Assembly: GCA_029941465.1 (NCBI GenBank)
Contig: JAPYQN010000001.1
Coordinates: 1-63,707, forward strand
Length of the DNA: 63,707 nt
Direction of reading: 5' to 3'
From: Gammaproteobacteria bacterium
Lineage (GTDB): Bacteria > Pseudomonadota > Gammaproteobacteria > Steroidobacterales > UBA11654
This document shows, one piece after another, positions 62,969 to 63,707 of this stretch. Made by a program: the position numbers and the translations under genes. Every line of letters starts with the position of its first letter. Positions within the stretch are counted from its first letter, which is position 1. Below the pieces are notes generated by a model that had not been told where the DNA came from, searched no databases, and saw nothing but the letters and a program-made list of their open reading frames with translations.

Positions 62969-63707
62969 CTACATACTAGGTTGTTGTTGAGTTATGCAAT
63001 GAACACAACCCCCACCTTCAACAATTCTCGATCCTTCAAGTGTAACAACTTTTTTATCCTTAAAAAGAGTTGTAATTGTATCTATTGCAAGAGCATCCAT
63101 AGGGTCATTGAAAGTAGGTAAGATAATGCCATTGTTTACCATATAAAAGTTGACATAAGATAGAGGCATCCGCTCATTAAGAAAGGTTTTGTGCCTGGGT
63201 TGTTGTATTGAGATAATCTCAAAATCTTTTCCATCAATATTTTTTGAGTATTTTAGTCGTTCATGGTTTTCTTTTAAACGATCATAATTTGAATCATTGC
63301 GATCAGATTCGCTCAATGCAACTATCTGATTATTTGGAGTAAAACAAGCAAGATTATCAACATGACCGCCTGTGTCATCAAACTCTAAAGCAGCTATTAA
63401 CCATATAAAGTTTTCCACTCCAAGGTATTTTTCTAGGATATATTCAGCTTCCTTTTTATCAAGACCAGAATTTCTTTCTGGGTCAAAAATGACATCCTCA
63501 GTTAACATCAATGTACCATTACCATCAGTATGTATAGCGCCTCCTTCAAGAGTTATAGGTGGTTTAAAATGTTTAATATTTAATTGTTTTATAATCTTTT
63601 CAGCAATTTCAGCATCTTTTAAATAATCTAAACCACAAAATTCACCGTAGTTATTAAAAGTCCAATCAATTCCTGCTATCTCCTTTTCATTTGTAATAAA
63701 CGTAGGC
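62969..63707 (-). CDS. aguA: Agmatine deiminase, 5'-truncated by the window edge
   Basis: The reading frame stays open upstream of the track Met at 63511, all the way to the window end (...PTFITNEKEIAGIDWTFNNYGEF...LEGGAIHTDGNGTLMLTEDV...). The C-terminal catalytic block is EGGGCVHCITQQQP. Confidence 0.85.
   Translation of the reverse strand, partial: PTFITNEKEIAGIDWTFNNYGEFCGLDYLKDAEIAEKIIKQLNIKHFKPPITLEGGAIHTDGNGTLMLTEDVIFDPERNSGLDKKEAEYILEKYLGVENFIWLIAALEFDDTGGHVDNLACFTPNNQIVALSESDRNDSNYDRLKENHERLKYSKNIDGKDFEIISIQQPRHKTFLNERMPLSYVNFYMVNNGIILPTFNDPMDALAIDTITTLFKDKKVVTLEGSRIVEGGGCVHCITQQQPSM

Noticed and set aside
1-63707. CRISPR arrays, IS elements or transposases, integrases, toxin-antitoxin pairs, additional structured RNAs (SRP RNA upstream of dnaX, riboswitches upstream of the TonB receptor) and recognisable defence-system genes.
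   Set aside because: No spaced short-repeat arrays were seen, and the only tandem repeat (1-104) is coding. No ORF has transposase, recombinase or nuclease-NTPase defence hallmarks that I could recognise. Intergenic regions are too short (229 nt at most) and lack the conserved cores of SRP RNA or of the cobalamin and TPP riboswitches. This was an eye scan only, so cmscan/Rfam and PADLOC/DefenseFinder runs would be needed for a firm negative.

Overview
This is a 63.7-kb chromosomal segment from an AT-rich, very gene-dense bacterium. Most neighbouring genes are under 25 nt apart or overlap by 1-22 nt. There is one RNA gene, and I saw no transposase, integrase, CRISPR array or recognisable defence or secretion system. 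Core synteny looks gammaproteobacterial: (rpsP)-rimM-trmD-rplS, dnaX-recR, divergent rsgA/orn, plus mlaA, bepA, bcp, sppA and prc. The composition and compaction resemble small-genome marine pelagic lineages, but that is inference only.

Blocks, left to right:
1. Ribosomal and tRNA-modification operon, where the upstream CDS ends in a tandemly repeated acidic tail.
2. Rrf2-regulated sufB-C-D-S-U-T operon on the minus strand, with a perfect palindromic operator, divergent from a class I aldolase gene.
3. Envelope-maintenance genes (mlaC-like, mlaA, bepA, bcp).
4. An atu/liu-like acyl-CoA carboxylase cluster (16.2-27.3 kb): carboxyltransferase, biotin carboxylase, embedded TetR, AtuA/DUF1446, crotonase, three acyl-CoA dehydrogenases and a DinB-like protein.
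5. A TonB-dependent receptor with an LLM oxidoreductase, a crotonase and an acyl-CoA ligase.
6. tRNA-Ser(GGA), followed immediately by a visibly GC-richer block (34.4-39.1 kb) encoding exported or membrane proteins: M28 peptidase, small membrane protein, saccharopine-dehydrogenase-like protein and Cys-type sulfatase. Three transcription units in this block carry near-identical SD-less leaders.
7. An accessory redox/hydrolase cluster (39-50 kb): GNAT, M20 amidohydrolase, two SDRs, dienelactone hydrolase, a Tat-signal aminotransferase, a mini-MGMT, a membrane-anchored paraoxonase-like propeller, an MDR reductase, an MFS transporter and a Baeyer-Villiger monooxygenase.
8. Housekeeping genes: dnaX-recR (no ybaB), rsgA, orn, MAPEG, DUF1249-like, and an MFS transporter with a His-rich tail.
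9. A tightly coupled minus-strand run of exported proteins, mostly of unknown function: SYLF, a Tat DUF1838-like protein, two lipoproteins, an NTF2-like protein and Prc.
10. aguB-aguA, upstream of that run.

I could not assign any region to a known 'system'. The best candidates for something undescribed are the tRNA-Ser-adjacent cassette-like block with shared leaders, the Tat-exported PLP aminotransferase, the exported-protein operon at 58.5-62.1 kb, and the BVMO/lactonase-type cluster. All functional calls come from motif recognition by eye and synteny. No database search was run.
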